A stretch of DNA of 64,000 bases from Gemmatimonadaceae bacterium. Lineage in GTDB: Bacteria > Gemmatimonadota > Gemmatimonadetes > Gemmatimonadales > Gemmatimonadaceae. The translations under genes and the position numbers were made by a program. Of the stretch, positions 19,319-27,835 are shown in pieces. Position 1 is the stretch's first letter. The number at the start of each line of letters is the position of its first letter. A model generated the notes under the pieces. It did not search any database and had not been told where the DNA came from. It saw only the letters and a program-made list of their open reading frames with translations. The stretch covers positions 1,056,001 to 1,120,000 of the forward strand of contig JBJMOW010000005.1 in assembly GCA_045803545.1 (NCBI GenBank). The letters are read 5' to 3'.

Positions 19319-19921
19319 ATGGTGAAAAAGACAGCGCTCACCGCGCTCGTAGTCGCGTCGATCACGGCGTCCGGTGTCGCCGGTGCACAAGCTGCCACCG
19401 CCACAGCGGCAAGCGCTGGCCCCGCGATCAATGACCTCGCGCCTGACTTTTCGCTTACCGGCGCAGATCGTTACGGCGTCCTCAAGACCCCGGTCAAACT
19501 TTCCGACTATCGCGGCCGGACCGTCGTACTTGCCTTCTTTTTTCAGGCGCGGACCAAAGGCTGAACGATCCAAATGGAGGCGTACCGTGATCAGTACGCC
19601 ACGCTCTTCAACAACGGCCGCAACGTAACCGTCATCGGCATCAGCGTCGACCCGGACACTGCACTCGCGTCATGGGCGCGCGACGAGGATTTCCCGGTGG
19701 TGTTCGCCAGCGACCCGGGTGGAACGGTTGGCAAATCGTACGGCGCATTTGACGAGAAGAACAAACTCGACAACCGCTCGCTGTTCGTCATAAGGCCTGA
19801 TGGCCGAATCGCTTACGTAGCGAAGCCGTTCAAGGTGCTGACGCCGTCCGCATACACGGATCTTGCGGCGGTAGTGGACAGTCTCGCGCCGCCCGCCGCC
19901 AAAGGCACGTCCGACAAATAG
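19319..19921 (+). CDS. Exported peroxiredoxin-like (AhpC/TSA, BCP-type) protein with in-frame UGA, probable selenoprotein
   Basis: ORFs 19319-19564 and 19574-19921 share a frame and are joined by TGA-ACG-ATC-CAA. Read-through gives APDFSL..VKLSDYRGRTVVLAFFFQARTKG-U-TIQMEAYRD..VIGISVD..RSLFVIRPDGRIAY, with U at the peroxidatic Cys position. Confidence 0.85.
19579..19600 (+). promoter_or_regulatory. Candidate bacterial SECIS hairpin
   Basis: GGCGTAC-cgtgatca-GTACGCC; 7-bp stem starting 14 nt after the UGA, G at the second loop position. Confidence 0.6.
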
Positions 19922-19955
19922 AAAAGCCGCGGACTTTTGAGTCCGCGGCTTTTTT
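19922..19955. terminator. Bidirectional intrinsic terminator
   Basis: AAAAGCCGCGGACT-tttg-AGTCCGCGGCTTTTTT between convergent genes. Confidence 0.9.
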
Positions 19956-19990
19956 GCCTACGGCCAACCGCCGTCGCCTGGCTATCTCGG

Positions 19991-20491
19991 CTACAACGCC
20001 TTCCGGATCGCTGCGTCGAGATCCTGTTTGCCACCCAGTCCTGTGTACACAACCCTTCCGGTCTTGTCCAGCACGACGACGTACGATGTCGCCGGCGCGT
20101 CGAATGCGCCCGCAGCTTTCCCATCGGTGTCGTAAAGAGTTTCGTGCGGCAACGGATGCGCAGCCAGCCAGCGTCGGACTTTTTCCGGCGACTGATTGAT
20201 CGCGACGGCTAACGCGAGAAACTTCACTCGCTTGCCATACTTCTTTTCCGTCTCGAGAAGCGTCGGCATCAGCTCCCGGCAGTTCGGGCACCACGTAGCC
20301 CAGAACTCGATCAGCACTGGCGTCTTGCCGATGTACTTGCTGAGGTCGACTGTTTTTCCGTCGAGCGCATTCACTGTCACCGCCGGTGCCGCCGCCCCAA
20401 CGTCGATGCCAAGATCCTGCGCGCGACCCGTACCAGCCACAGCGACAACAAGTCCGCCGGCGATTGCCAGTGTCTTAACTCTGAATGCCAT
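19991..20491 (-). CDS. TlpA/ResA-like thiol-disulfide oxidoreductase, exported
   Basis: Signal peptide; VLIEFWATWCPNC thioredoxin fold motif. Confidence 0.93.
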   Translation of the reverse strand: MAFRVKTLAIAGGLVVAVAGTGRAQDLGIDVGAAAPAVTVNALDGKTVDLSKYIGKTPVLIEFWATWCPNCRELMPTLLETEKKYGKRVKFLALAVAINQSPEKVRRWLAAHPLPHETLYDTDGKAAGAFDAPATSYVVVLDKTGRVVYTGLGGKQDLDAAIRKAL

Positions 20492-20582
20492 TCAAATCTG
20501 TCCCGTCGCCTGCAGCGGATGGCTATCAGCTAGCTGCTATCAGCTACCAGCGGTGAATTGCGCTTTTAAGTTCGCAGTCTGT

Positions 20583-21299
20583 CTAGATGATCAGCTGTCC
20601 CATTTGCACAAGGTAATACTCCGCAACGCCCAACATGATCAATGCAAAGATCCGCTTGATCCATAGCATCCATGTACCAGCGCGCGGTAGCCTCGCCAGC
20701 GAGCCGCTGAACAGACCCACGATTACGAGCAGCGTACACATCCCGAGCGAAAATACGAAGAGGTAGATAAAACCAAGCACTCCGCTTTTTGTCGTCGTCA
20801 CCCACGTCAGGACAGCTGCCATCACCGGCGCCGAGCAAGGCGCAGCGACCAGTCCCGACACCGCGCCCATCAGAAACACTCCGTACGGAGTCCCTCCCTC
20901 TCCAACGCTGGACGCTCGCGTCAGCAGCCACGATGGCACACTCACCGGCACCACATCCAGCATCGCCAGCGCGGCAACGATCAGAAGATTCGCCATCGCG
21001 AAGTAGAGCCACGGATTGGTGCTCACGGACCCGAACAGGGTTCCAGTCAATCCAGCGAACAATCCGAGTGACGCATAGGCCAGCGCCAGGCCGAAGACGT
21101 AAGTGAAAGTCAACAGCACTGTTCGTCCACGCGGCCTCGGTCCGATTCGAACTGAATTCCCGCCGACGATCGCCGCAGTGATGGGAATCATCGGATAGAT
21201 GCAGGGCGCCAGGCTCGTGAGCACGCCGGCGATGAAAAGAATCGGCAGCGCGGTTAGCGGATTCGATGACAACCGCTGGGAAATTCCAGTAAAGTCCAA
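20583..21299 (-). CDS. CcdA/DsbD transmembrane electron transporter
   Basis: GVLTSLAPCIYPMIPIT, GLVAAPCSAP, LPRAG.WM; TM domain only; TTG start. Confidence 0.9.
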   Translation of the reverse strand: MDFTGISQRLSSNPLTALPILFIAGVLTSLAPCIYPMIPITAAIVGGNSVRIGPRPRGRTVLLTFTYVFGLALAYASLGLFAGLTGTLFGSVSTNPWLYFAMANLLIVAALAMLDVVPVSVPSWLLTRASSVGEGGTPYGVFLMGAVSGLVAAPCSAPVMAAVLTWVTTTKSGVLGFIYLFVFSLGMCTLLVIVGLFSGSLARLPRAGTWMLWIKRIFALIMLGVAEYYLVQMGQLII

Positions 21300-21343
21300 A
21301 GGTTTCTGTTGAGGAAACTTGCAGAGGAAAAACTACTAGCTTG

Positions 21344-21393
21344 GGGCTGGCTGCTCATAGCCAGGCTCGGGTTGGCTGCTCATGCCCAGCCTC
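21344..21393. repeat. Two imperfect tandem 25-bp repeats
   Basis: GGGCTGGCTGCTCATAGCCAGGCTC / GGGTTGGCTGCTCATGCCCAGCCTC. Confidence 0.6.
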
Positions 21394-21399
21394 GACATT

Positions 21400-21439
21400 A
21401 AACAAAACAAAGGGTCGGCGCCTGCGCACCGACCCTTTG
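21400..21439 (-). terminator. Intrinsic terminator after the ECF/HEAT operon
   Basis: CAAAGGGTCGG...CCGACCCTTTG stem followed by TTTTGTTT on the minus strand. Confidence 0.75.
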
Positions 21440-21510
21440 GTCGACTAATTCAACCTCACGGCCACCGGCTGAAAGCTCGCGGCCGCCAGCTGGTCCTTTC
21501 GTCTAGCCGC

Positions 21511-22326
21511 TCACTGCCTGGTCAGAATCTGCTCGAACAAATCCAGCGCTCTCGGATCCCCCGACTGCCCAAGCCAGAACATTGCTTTCTTTCTGATTTC
21601 GGGATCCTTGTTGCTCTTGGCTATCGCAATCAGCGCGGGAATTCCTTCTTCGCGCGGACGCTGTGACAGTGCGAACACTGCCTGCTCCCGCACTTCCCGA
21701 TCGACGCCATTATCGACGACGATATCCGACAGACCGCGCGTCGCCGCCTCACCTGCCGCCTGGCCTACCCAGAACACAGACTGAGTGCGCGTCGACCTTG
21801 GAAGATTATCGTTGCGCGCGAGTTTGATCAGCGAGGGCCAGACATCCGCGCTATCGACCAGCGTCACGGGAAGGATTGCCTTCTCTCCCATACTTCCGCG
21901 CTCAGTTTGGGCCACCGAGAGCAGGTAGTTGGCGATCTCGCGAGCGGGAACCATGCCAAGATCTACAACGTCTGACGCAGCCGGACGCCACCGACCGCCA
22001 ACGTAAAACCTCAGGTCGGTTATCTCACCACGCCGCCGGTCGATCACCAATCGCCCGGGACCGTGACTGCAATCGTCCTCCCACTCCACGTCGCGCGAGG
22101 TGTTCCATCTGCTGTCGCCCCACGTCATTCGGCCACGACCGCCCGAGTGCGAAATTGAATTGCCGCTGCCACAGATTTCCGGACGAACGTTGAAGGACAT
22201 CCGTACACTTCCATCCGAAACCTTTGCGACCTGACTGGCGATGCTCTGTGCCTGCGCGGCAGCCGCCGCGATGGTAGCGACGCCAATCGCCGCTGTCGCT
22301 ACCCGTGCAAATCCGCGCGCACTCAT
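21511..22326 (-). CDS. Secreted HEAT-repeat protein
   Basis: Signal peptide (AQA|Q); repeats QSVFWVGQ, EVREQAVFALSQ, EIRKKAMFWLGQ. Confidence 0.85.
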   Translation of the reverse strand: MSARGFARVATAAIGVATIAAAAAQAQSIASQVAKVSDGSVRMSFNVRPEICGSGNSISHSGGRGRMTWGDSRWNTSRDVEWEDDCSHGPGRLVIDRRRGEITDLRFYVGGRWRPAASDVVDLGMVPAREIANYLLSVAQTERGSMGEKAILPVTLVDSADVWPSLIKLARNDNLPRSTRTQSVFWVGQAAGEAATRGLSDIVVDNGVDREVREQAVFALSQRPREEGIPALIAIAKSNKDPEIRKKAMFWLGQSGDPRALDLFEQILTRQ

Positions 22327-23774
22327 TTGTTGATTAGATCGAGAAGGAACTGCTGCACGCGCGGGTCACGCGACTGACCCAGCCAGAAGATCGCCTTCTT
22401 GCGCAGGTCAGCGTCCTTCTCGGTCTTTGCAATGTCGAACATCTTGTCGATCGCCGCCGGCTCGCGCTGACGTTGCGACAGAACGAAAATGATCTGCTCC
22501 TTCATCTCGGTGTCGTTCATCCGGTCATAGAGCTGCGCCAGCTGAGGAATCGCGATCCCATTCTGACCGGCCCAGAACAACGCTTTCTTGCGCAGCTCGA
22601 TGTCTTCCTTCGTATTGAGGGCAATGTTCATCAGCCATTGATCGTTGCCCGCACCCTTCTGCTGTGACAGCGAGAACAGAATCTTTTCCTTCAAATCCTG
22701 GTCGGTGAGCCGCGTATACAGAGTGCGCAGGAACTCCGTATTGTCGCTCGAGCGGCGCTGCCCGAGCCAGAAAATCGCCTTCTCGCGCAAATCGGACGAT
22801 TCGCTCTCTCTCATTGCGAAATCGCGCAGAACCTGCTGCGCCCTCGGCTCGTTCTGCTGCGACAGCGAGAACAACGCTTTCTCCTTGATGTTCTCGTCGC
22901 CGTTGCCCTGCAGAATCTGCTCGAGCAATCCGGTCGAACCTGGAACCTGCGATAGCCAGAATACCGCCTGCTCGCGGACTTCCTGATCCGGATCGCTGCG
23001 TGCGACGTTCATCAGAATGTTCGCCGTCTCGGGCGTCCGCTTCTGCGACACCAGGAACACTGCTTTGCGACGCAGCGCTGCCGAGCATGCATCGCGGCGC
23101 TCGAGCACTTTCTTGAGGATCGGCATCGCCTGATCCGCATCCATTTGCAGCAATGCGTTCAGTGCGGCGATACGGTCGTCGTCCTCGTCGTCGTCAGATG
23201 GACAGCTGCGGCCCTGCTGCGGAGCCGTGCCGACTGTGCCGGGGTCTGCCTTCTCGGTGATGGTCCTGGCGCAGGATTCGTCACCGCGCTTCGCCAGCTC
23301 ACCGCAGACACGAGTAAAGAGAGTCGCGCCGTCTGAAGAGCTGGCAATACTTGGAAACCGAGTCTTCAATTCGTTGAGGCGATCGCGTGCGCTGCTCAGC
23401 TCGTCGTCGCCGCCGCTGCGATAAAGTGAGTAGGCCTCGTAGTACATCGCCTGGCCTGCGTACGCCGACTGCGGATAACGCTCGGGAATGCGGTGGAAGA
23501 TCTCCGCCGCACGCTTCCAGTCGCTGCGCGCCATCGCTTCTCGTGCCAGTCTGTAAAGAGAGTCAGCCGGATCTGCTTTCGCCCACGGCTCTGGGGGAAG
23601 CGGATTGGCCTGTTGATCGAGCGACTTGAACTCGTCGCTCAGTTGCGGCTGCGCGGTGCTGAATCCCAGCCGCGCAAGGCTCGAGTCAATGGTTGAAGGG
23701 CTGACCGGAGCTTTTTGCACTCCGATCGCCGACGAAATTATTGCTGCTGCCGTGAGTAGGGTTCTCATAGTCAT
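22323..23774 (-). CDS. Secreted TPR + HEAT-repeat protein
   Basis: N-terminal TPR (SLYRLAREAM..W..AAEIF..I..RYP.S) then about 8 (K/E)AxF(W/S)L(S/G)Q repeats. Confidence 0.85.
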   Translation of the reverse strand: MTMRTLLTAAAIISSAIGVQKAPVSPSTIDSSLARLGFSTAQPQLSDEFKSLDQQANPLPPEPWAKADPADSLYRLAREAMARSDWKRAAEIFHRIPERYPQSAYAGQAMYYEAYSLYRSGGDDELSSARDRLNELKTRFPSIASSSDGATLFTRVCGELAKRGDESCARTITEKADPGTVGTAPQQGRSCPSDDDEDDDRIAALNALLQMDADQAMPILKKVLERRDACSAALRRKAVFLVSQKRTPETANILMNVARSDPDQEVREQAVFWLSQVPGSTGLLEQILQGNGDENIKEKALFSLSQQNEPRAQQVLRDFAMRESESSDLREKAIFWLGQRRSSDNTEFLRTLYTRLTDQDLKEKILFSLSQQKGAGNDQWLMNIALNTKEDIELRKKALFWAGQNGIAIPQLAQLYDRMNDTEMKEQIIFVLSQRQREPAAIDKMFDIAKTEKDADLRKKAIFWLGQSRDPRVQQFLLDLINK

Positions 23775-23784
23775 TGGAGGGTCC

Positions 23785-24627
23785 TCAACTACCATGCTGC
23801 GCGCCCGCTGGAATCGCGGTGCGCAGCCTCGTCATTACGTGGTTTTGCTGAAGCGTTTTTTCGATCAGGTCGCGATCCTGTGGCGTGCTGCCGGGCGATA
23901 GCTGCTGGACGATCTGGACTAGTACGAGCTCCAGGTCCTGCAACAACGGACGCCGCTGCGGATCGTCGCCGACTGGAGAGTCGATTAGCAGACGCGTGTT
24001 GGTGAGCAGCTGGCGGGCCCACGTGCCCAGCTGCGCATCCATCTGTTGGTCGGCACTCGAACGACTTCTGAATGAAGTAAGGAGTGCTTCTGCCTCACTG
24101 AGATTCTGCATTGCGGTGAGCTGATAGGCGGAGCTCGAACGAGTCGACGCCCGCGGTATCTCTACCGCCACGCGACTTTCAGCGCCACCAACATCAGTGT
24201 TGCGGCGCTGGCCGCCATTCGAAGTAGCGGGTTGCGGCTGATGTGAGCTCTCGCCGCCCGTCGTTGCAACCTGCGCAGGCGAGGCGCTACCGGAGTCGGT
24301 CTGATCCGGGCTTACCGTTACCGGGGGCTGTGGGATTGAAGGATTAGCTGCAACCAACGGAGCCGCTTGCGGCGCCGTCAGGCGACCGATTCCAACACCG
24401 GTTGCAATCAGCAGCATCGCTGCCGCTGCTGCCCCCAGCCATACCCGCGTTCCGAACCGTCTCTCGTGAACAGGCGACGATGCTCCGCCCCCATAGACCA
24501 CACGTGGTCCGGCCGCACGCTTCGCCTGAATCGCACTCCACATCTCTTCACGTGGAACCCGAACCGGCGGAACGTTATAGGTCTGTGTTGTCTTCTTGAG
24601 AAACTTCTCGAAATTCTCTTCAGTCAT
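23785..24627 (-). CDS. Putative single-TM anti-sigma factor
   Basis: EEMWSAIQ N-terminus, TM WLGAAAAAMLLIATGVGIG, helical C-terminal domain; ATGA-coupled to the ECF sigma gene. Confidence 0.65.
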   Translation of the reverse strand: MTEENFEKFLKKTTQTYNVPPVRVPREEMWSAIQAKRAAGPRVVYGGGASSPVHERRFGTRVWLGAAAAAMLLIATGVGIGRLTAPQAAPLVAANPSIPQPPVTVSPDQTDSGSASPAQVATTGGESSHQPQPATSNGGQRRNTDVGGAESRVAVEIPRASTRSSSAYQLTAMQNLSEAEALLTSFRSRSSADQQMDAQLGTWARQLLTNTRLLIDSPVGDDPQRRPLLQDLELVLVQIVQQLSPGSTPQDRDLIEKTLQQNHVMTRLRTAIPAGAQHGS

Positions 24628-25199
24628 GACACCCACTCCGGTGCAAAGTCCGCCAGCATGACGCGCAGTTTGCTTCTCGCTTGAAACAGGTGCGACTTCG
24701 ATGTCCCGATCGGGATTCCCATCGCTTCGCTGATCTCTTCGTGCGTGTAGCCTTCCACGTCGTGCATCACGAACACTGTTCTGTATTTCTCCGCCAGCGA
24801 GTCGATTGCTCTCGCCAGTCTCTCCTTCAGATCCGGCTCCGCCTCTTGTCTGGCGAAACCAACCGTTATTCCCTCTTCAATCGGCGCTTCCCGACTACGC
24901 TGACGCTTCGTTTTTCTCAAACCGTTCAGCGTCACCGAGAGACCGATCGAGTGCAACCAGGTCGACAACGATGATTCCCCGCGAAAGCCGCCGATCTTCT
25001 CGAATGCCCGGATAAACGTCGCCTGCGTGAAATCACGCGCCAGCTCGTCGTCACCCGCCAGCCGGAACGTCAGCCGGTAGATCCGATCAACATATGTCTC
25101 GTATAACTCACGCTCGGCGGCCGCATCGCCAGCAACCACACGCGTGATGAGTTGGGTATCGTTCACCGAGCTCCGAGACTCGTAGGCAACCAGTTGCAT
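24624..25199 (-). CDS. ECF RNA polymerase sigma-70 factor
   Basis: Region 2 (ARDFTQATFIRAF..FRGESSLSTWL) and region 4 (FVMHDVEGYTHEEI...GIPIGTSKSHL..AR). Confidence 0.95.
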   Translation of the reverse strand: MQLVAYESRSSVNDTQLITRVVAGDAAAERELYETYVDRIYRLTFRLAGDDELARDFTQATFIRAFEKIGGFRGESSLSTWLHSIGLSVTLNGLRKTKRQRSREAPIEEGITVGFARQEAEPDLKERLARAIDSLAEKYRTVFVMHDVEGYTHEEISEAMGIPIGTSKSHLFQARSKLRVMLADFAPEWVS

Positions 25200-25211
25200 T
25201 GTCGAACTTCT

Positions 25212-25237
25212 GACAATGGTTGGGGGGAAAGGGTTGA
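25212..25237 (-). promoter_or_regulatory. Candidate autoregulatory ECF promoter
   Basis: TCAACC-N16-TGTC ending 12 nt before the sigma ATG. Confidence 0.4.
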
Positions 25238-25280
25238 GGTTCCCATTAAGGGCGGCGTAGAGGCCTCGGCACGTAGTTAC

Positions 25281-25443
25281 CAATCACAAAACAAAAGCCC
25301 GGAGCTACCGGCGAGGCAGCTAGTTAGCGCCGAGCACGGTTGAAAGCACGCTTCAATAGATCGCGCGCCGCGAAAAAATCAAACCGCGCTCGGCGCTTAG
25401 CTGCTCCCAAAGCTGGTAGCTCAGGGCTTTTGTTTTGTGATTG
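25281..25443. repeat. Long imperfect inverted repeat (MITE/REP-like or structured RNA)
   Basis: Terminal 19 bp CAATCACAAAACAAAAGCC match perfectly; arms of about 60 bp continue with mismatches and indels. Confidence 0.8.
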
Positions 25444-25484
25444 CCCGCCATGAGCGCCAATCTTTGCGCCGAGACAGGGCGGGC

Positions 25485-26525
25485 CTATTTCCGCCCGAGC
25501 AGCCTATCCCAGGCTCCCCCCGCTAAGCCGAGAGCATACTCCGCCCACCACTTCCCCGCCGCCGGCCCGCCCCCGCACGTTCCGTCAGACTCACCGGGAG
25601 CTTTGATCCACAGGAATGCGTCCACGAGCGGATTCCCCGTGCGCGTGGTCGGCGTTTGACCGATTCGCTGGCCGGTTGGATTGCACCAGTTGCCGGAGTT
25701 GGTCGCGTTCTGGCCATTGCGACTGGTGTCGATCACGAAATGCTTTCCGCCGACCCGCTTGGAGACCTCCATGCCGTACGCGACGTTCACCGAGGTGCCG
25801 AGGAAATTGGAGATATTGAGACTGAATCCATCGGCGTCGGCGATACCGGCGCGAGTCAGCCGGTTCGCCATGTCCGCGGGATTCACCCACTTCGCGTGAC
25901 CGGCGTCGATGTAGACCGCCGCGCCTTTCGCCTTGAGCACGCGCACCGCGTCGTGAATGAGATCCATTCGCTCTTGCTGCTGTTGCGCATTGAGGCAGCT
26001 CATCCCCGCGAGCGCATCGGGTTCGAGAATCACGACTGCTTTGCGGTTGCCGATGCCGTTGGCGAATGAGCGAATCCAGCGTTTGTACGCATCTGCGCCC
26101 CCCGCGCCCCCCGCCGAGTATTGACCGCAGTCGCGATTGGGAATGTTGTACGCGACGAACACCGGCAACGCGTTGGCGCCGGTGATTCGTGACACCGCGC
26201 TCGAGACATCGCGGCCGATGTCGACGTTCCATCCACCCATCCACTGCGCCAGCGGCTGTGCGGCGATCTTGTCCATCAGCGCCGCATCGGATGGACGGCT
26301 GTTACGCCACGCGTCGGCCTGGCGCTTTGCCGAGGAAGCGGGATCCACGAAGAGCTTGGCGCCGGAGAAAAGATTGATGAAGGCGCGACTCACCGTCTGG
26401 GCAGTGACGGGCCGGGTGCTCGCCAGCGAACACACCGCTATCGCCAGCGCTACGGAGGTAGCGTTGCGAGCTCTTGCGGAATTGTGCGCGCGCATTGCAG
26501 TGCGCGCAGTAGGAGTACGCGGCAT
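25485..26525 (-). CDS. Glycoside hydrolase family 6 (endoglucanase-like), secreted
   Basis: YNIPNRDCG.YSAGGA, ILEPDAL, YIDAGH, NISNF, FVIDTSRNG, WCNP, WIKAPGESDG. Confidence 0.95.
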   Translation of the reverse strand: MPRTPTARTAMRAHNSARARNATSVALAIAVCSLASTRPVTAQTVSRAFINLFSGAKLFVDPASSAKRQADAWRNSRPSDAALMDKIAAQPLAQWMGGWNVDIGRDVSSAVSRITGANALPVFVAYNIPNRDCGQYSAGGAGGADAYKRWIRSFANGIGNRKAVVILEPDALAGMSCLNAQQQQERMDLIHDAVRVLKAKGAAVYIDAGHAKWVNPADMANRLTRAGIADADGFSLNISNFLGTSVNVAYGMEVSKRVGGKHFVIDTSRNGQNATNSGNWCNPTGQRIGQTPTTRTGNPLVDAFLWIKAPGESDGTCGGGPAAGKWWAEYALGLAGGAWDRLLGRK

Positions 26526-26773
26526 AGCAGGCAAAAACGCTCACGAGCACTGTGACCAGAGAGCCACAGCCGTGATCGGCGAGATATAATCCGTTAAGCG
26601 ACGGCGCGGTACTCACCGCACCCGCTCCATGGTGATACACCCTCTCACTCTGCTGTTCCTGAACGCTCGCGAGTTTTCCGCGCCGAGGCACGCGCCCTGC
26701 TTTTTGTCTATCTCCTTTTTGGGCGCGAGAGAAAGGCTTTCGCAGAACCTGCAGCTATGAAGTGAGGGTAAAC

Positions 26774-27832
26774 ATGGGCACCGAGATTCACAGCGAAGTC
26801 GAGACGAATGAGCTTCCACTCTCGCATCGACCCCGGCGGTCACAACGTACGAATACGAAGGCAGCGGTTCGAGGAGCTCCGGACCACTACAGCGAGACGC
26901 AGGAGACTGATAAGGACCCGGTCACCCAAGCGCTTGGATGGTTCAGCATCGCCCTCGGCGCTGCCGAGCTTCTCGCTCCCGGCGCGGTCGCGCGAGTGAT
27001 TGGCGTGGACGAGGAAGAAAATCGCGGCCTTCTCCGCGCATACGGAGTACGGGAGCTAATCGCCGGCGTCGCCATCGTCAGTCGGCCGAAGCCTACCTAC
27101 TGGATGTGGAATCGTGTGCTGGGCGACTGCGTCGATCTCGCGTCACTTTACCGCGCGATGGGCACGCCCGGCAACAATCGCGTGAAGCTCGCTGCCGCAA
27201 CCGTCGCCGTTCTTGGCGTTACCGCGATGGATATCGCGTGTAGCGTTCAGCTCACCAGCGAGAACAAGCCGAGCACGGGACACGATGCGGGAAGCTTCAT
27301 GCTCCCCGAGACTGTCGATGGCACTCAGCTGCTGAGCGCCGTGATCACGGTCAACAAACCAGTGAACGAGGTTTACGCGTTCTGGAAAGATCCGACCAAC
27401 TATCCTCAGTTCATGAGCTCGCTGGAGTCCGTACACGTCACCGGCGATGGCAGCTCGCACTGGAAGGTGAAAGCACCGATCGGCCTCACCGTCGAGTGGG
27501 ATGCGCAGATGGTCAACGACGTGCCGAATGAGCTCATTGCGTGGGAGTCTGTAGATGGTGATGTGAACAACACCGGTACGGTACGGTTCAAAGAGGCCGC
27601 TGGAAATCGCGGCACCGAAGTCGAGCTGCAAACCCAGTTCAAACCAAAAGCCGGTCCGGTGGGAGCGAAGATCGCGCAGCTCTTCTCCACCGTTCCCAAG
27701 ACCCAATTGTCGAACGATCTTCGTCGCTTCAAGCAGTTGATCGAGATCGGTGAAGTTGTGAAGTCCGACGCTACCGCCGTTCCGGGGCTGCACCCAGCTC
27801 GGCCACCCAAGTACAGCGAAATGGAGGCTTGA
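26774..27832 (+). CDS. SRPBCC (cyclase/dehydrase) family protein with N-terminal membrane segment
   Basis: LGWFSIALGAAEL N-domain; ITVNKPV.EVY.FW, SHW.VKAP, EWDA, DLRRFKQLIE.GE. Confidence 0.9.
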   Translation: MGTEIHSEVETNELPLSHRPRRSQRTNTKAAVRGAPDHYSETQETDKDPVTQALGWFSIALGAAELLAPGAVARVIGVDEEENRGLLRAYGVRELIAGVAIVSRPKPTYWMWNRVLGDCVDLASLYRAMGTPGNNRVKLAAATVAVLGVTAMDIACSVQLTSENKPSTGHDAGSFMLPETVDGTQLLSAVITVNKPVNEVYAFWKDPTNYPQFMSSLESVHVTGDGSSHWKVKAPIGLTVEWDAQMVNDVPNELIAWESVDGDVNNTGTVRFKEAAGNRGTEVELQTQFKPKAGPVGAKIAQLFSTVPKTQLSNDLRRFKQLIEIGEVVKSDATAVPGLHPARPPKYSEMEA

Positions 27833-27835
27833 GCG

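Noticed and set aside
19319..19921. Pseudogene or two separate small genes
   Set aside because: The stop is UGA, sits at the catalytic Cys column, both halves are intact and a hairpin follows; recoding is the simpler explanation, pending confirmation of sel genes.
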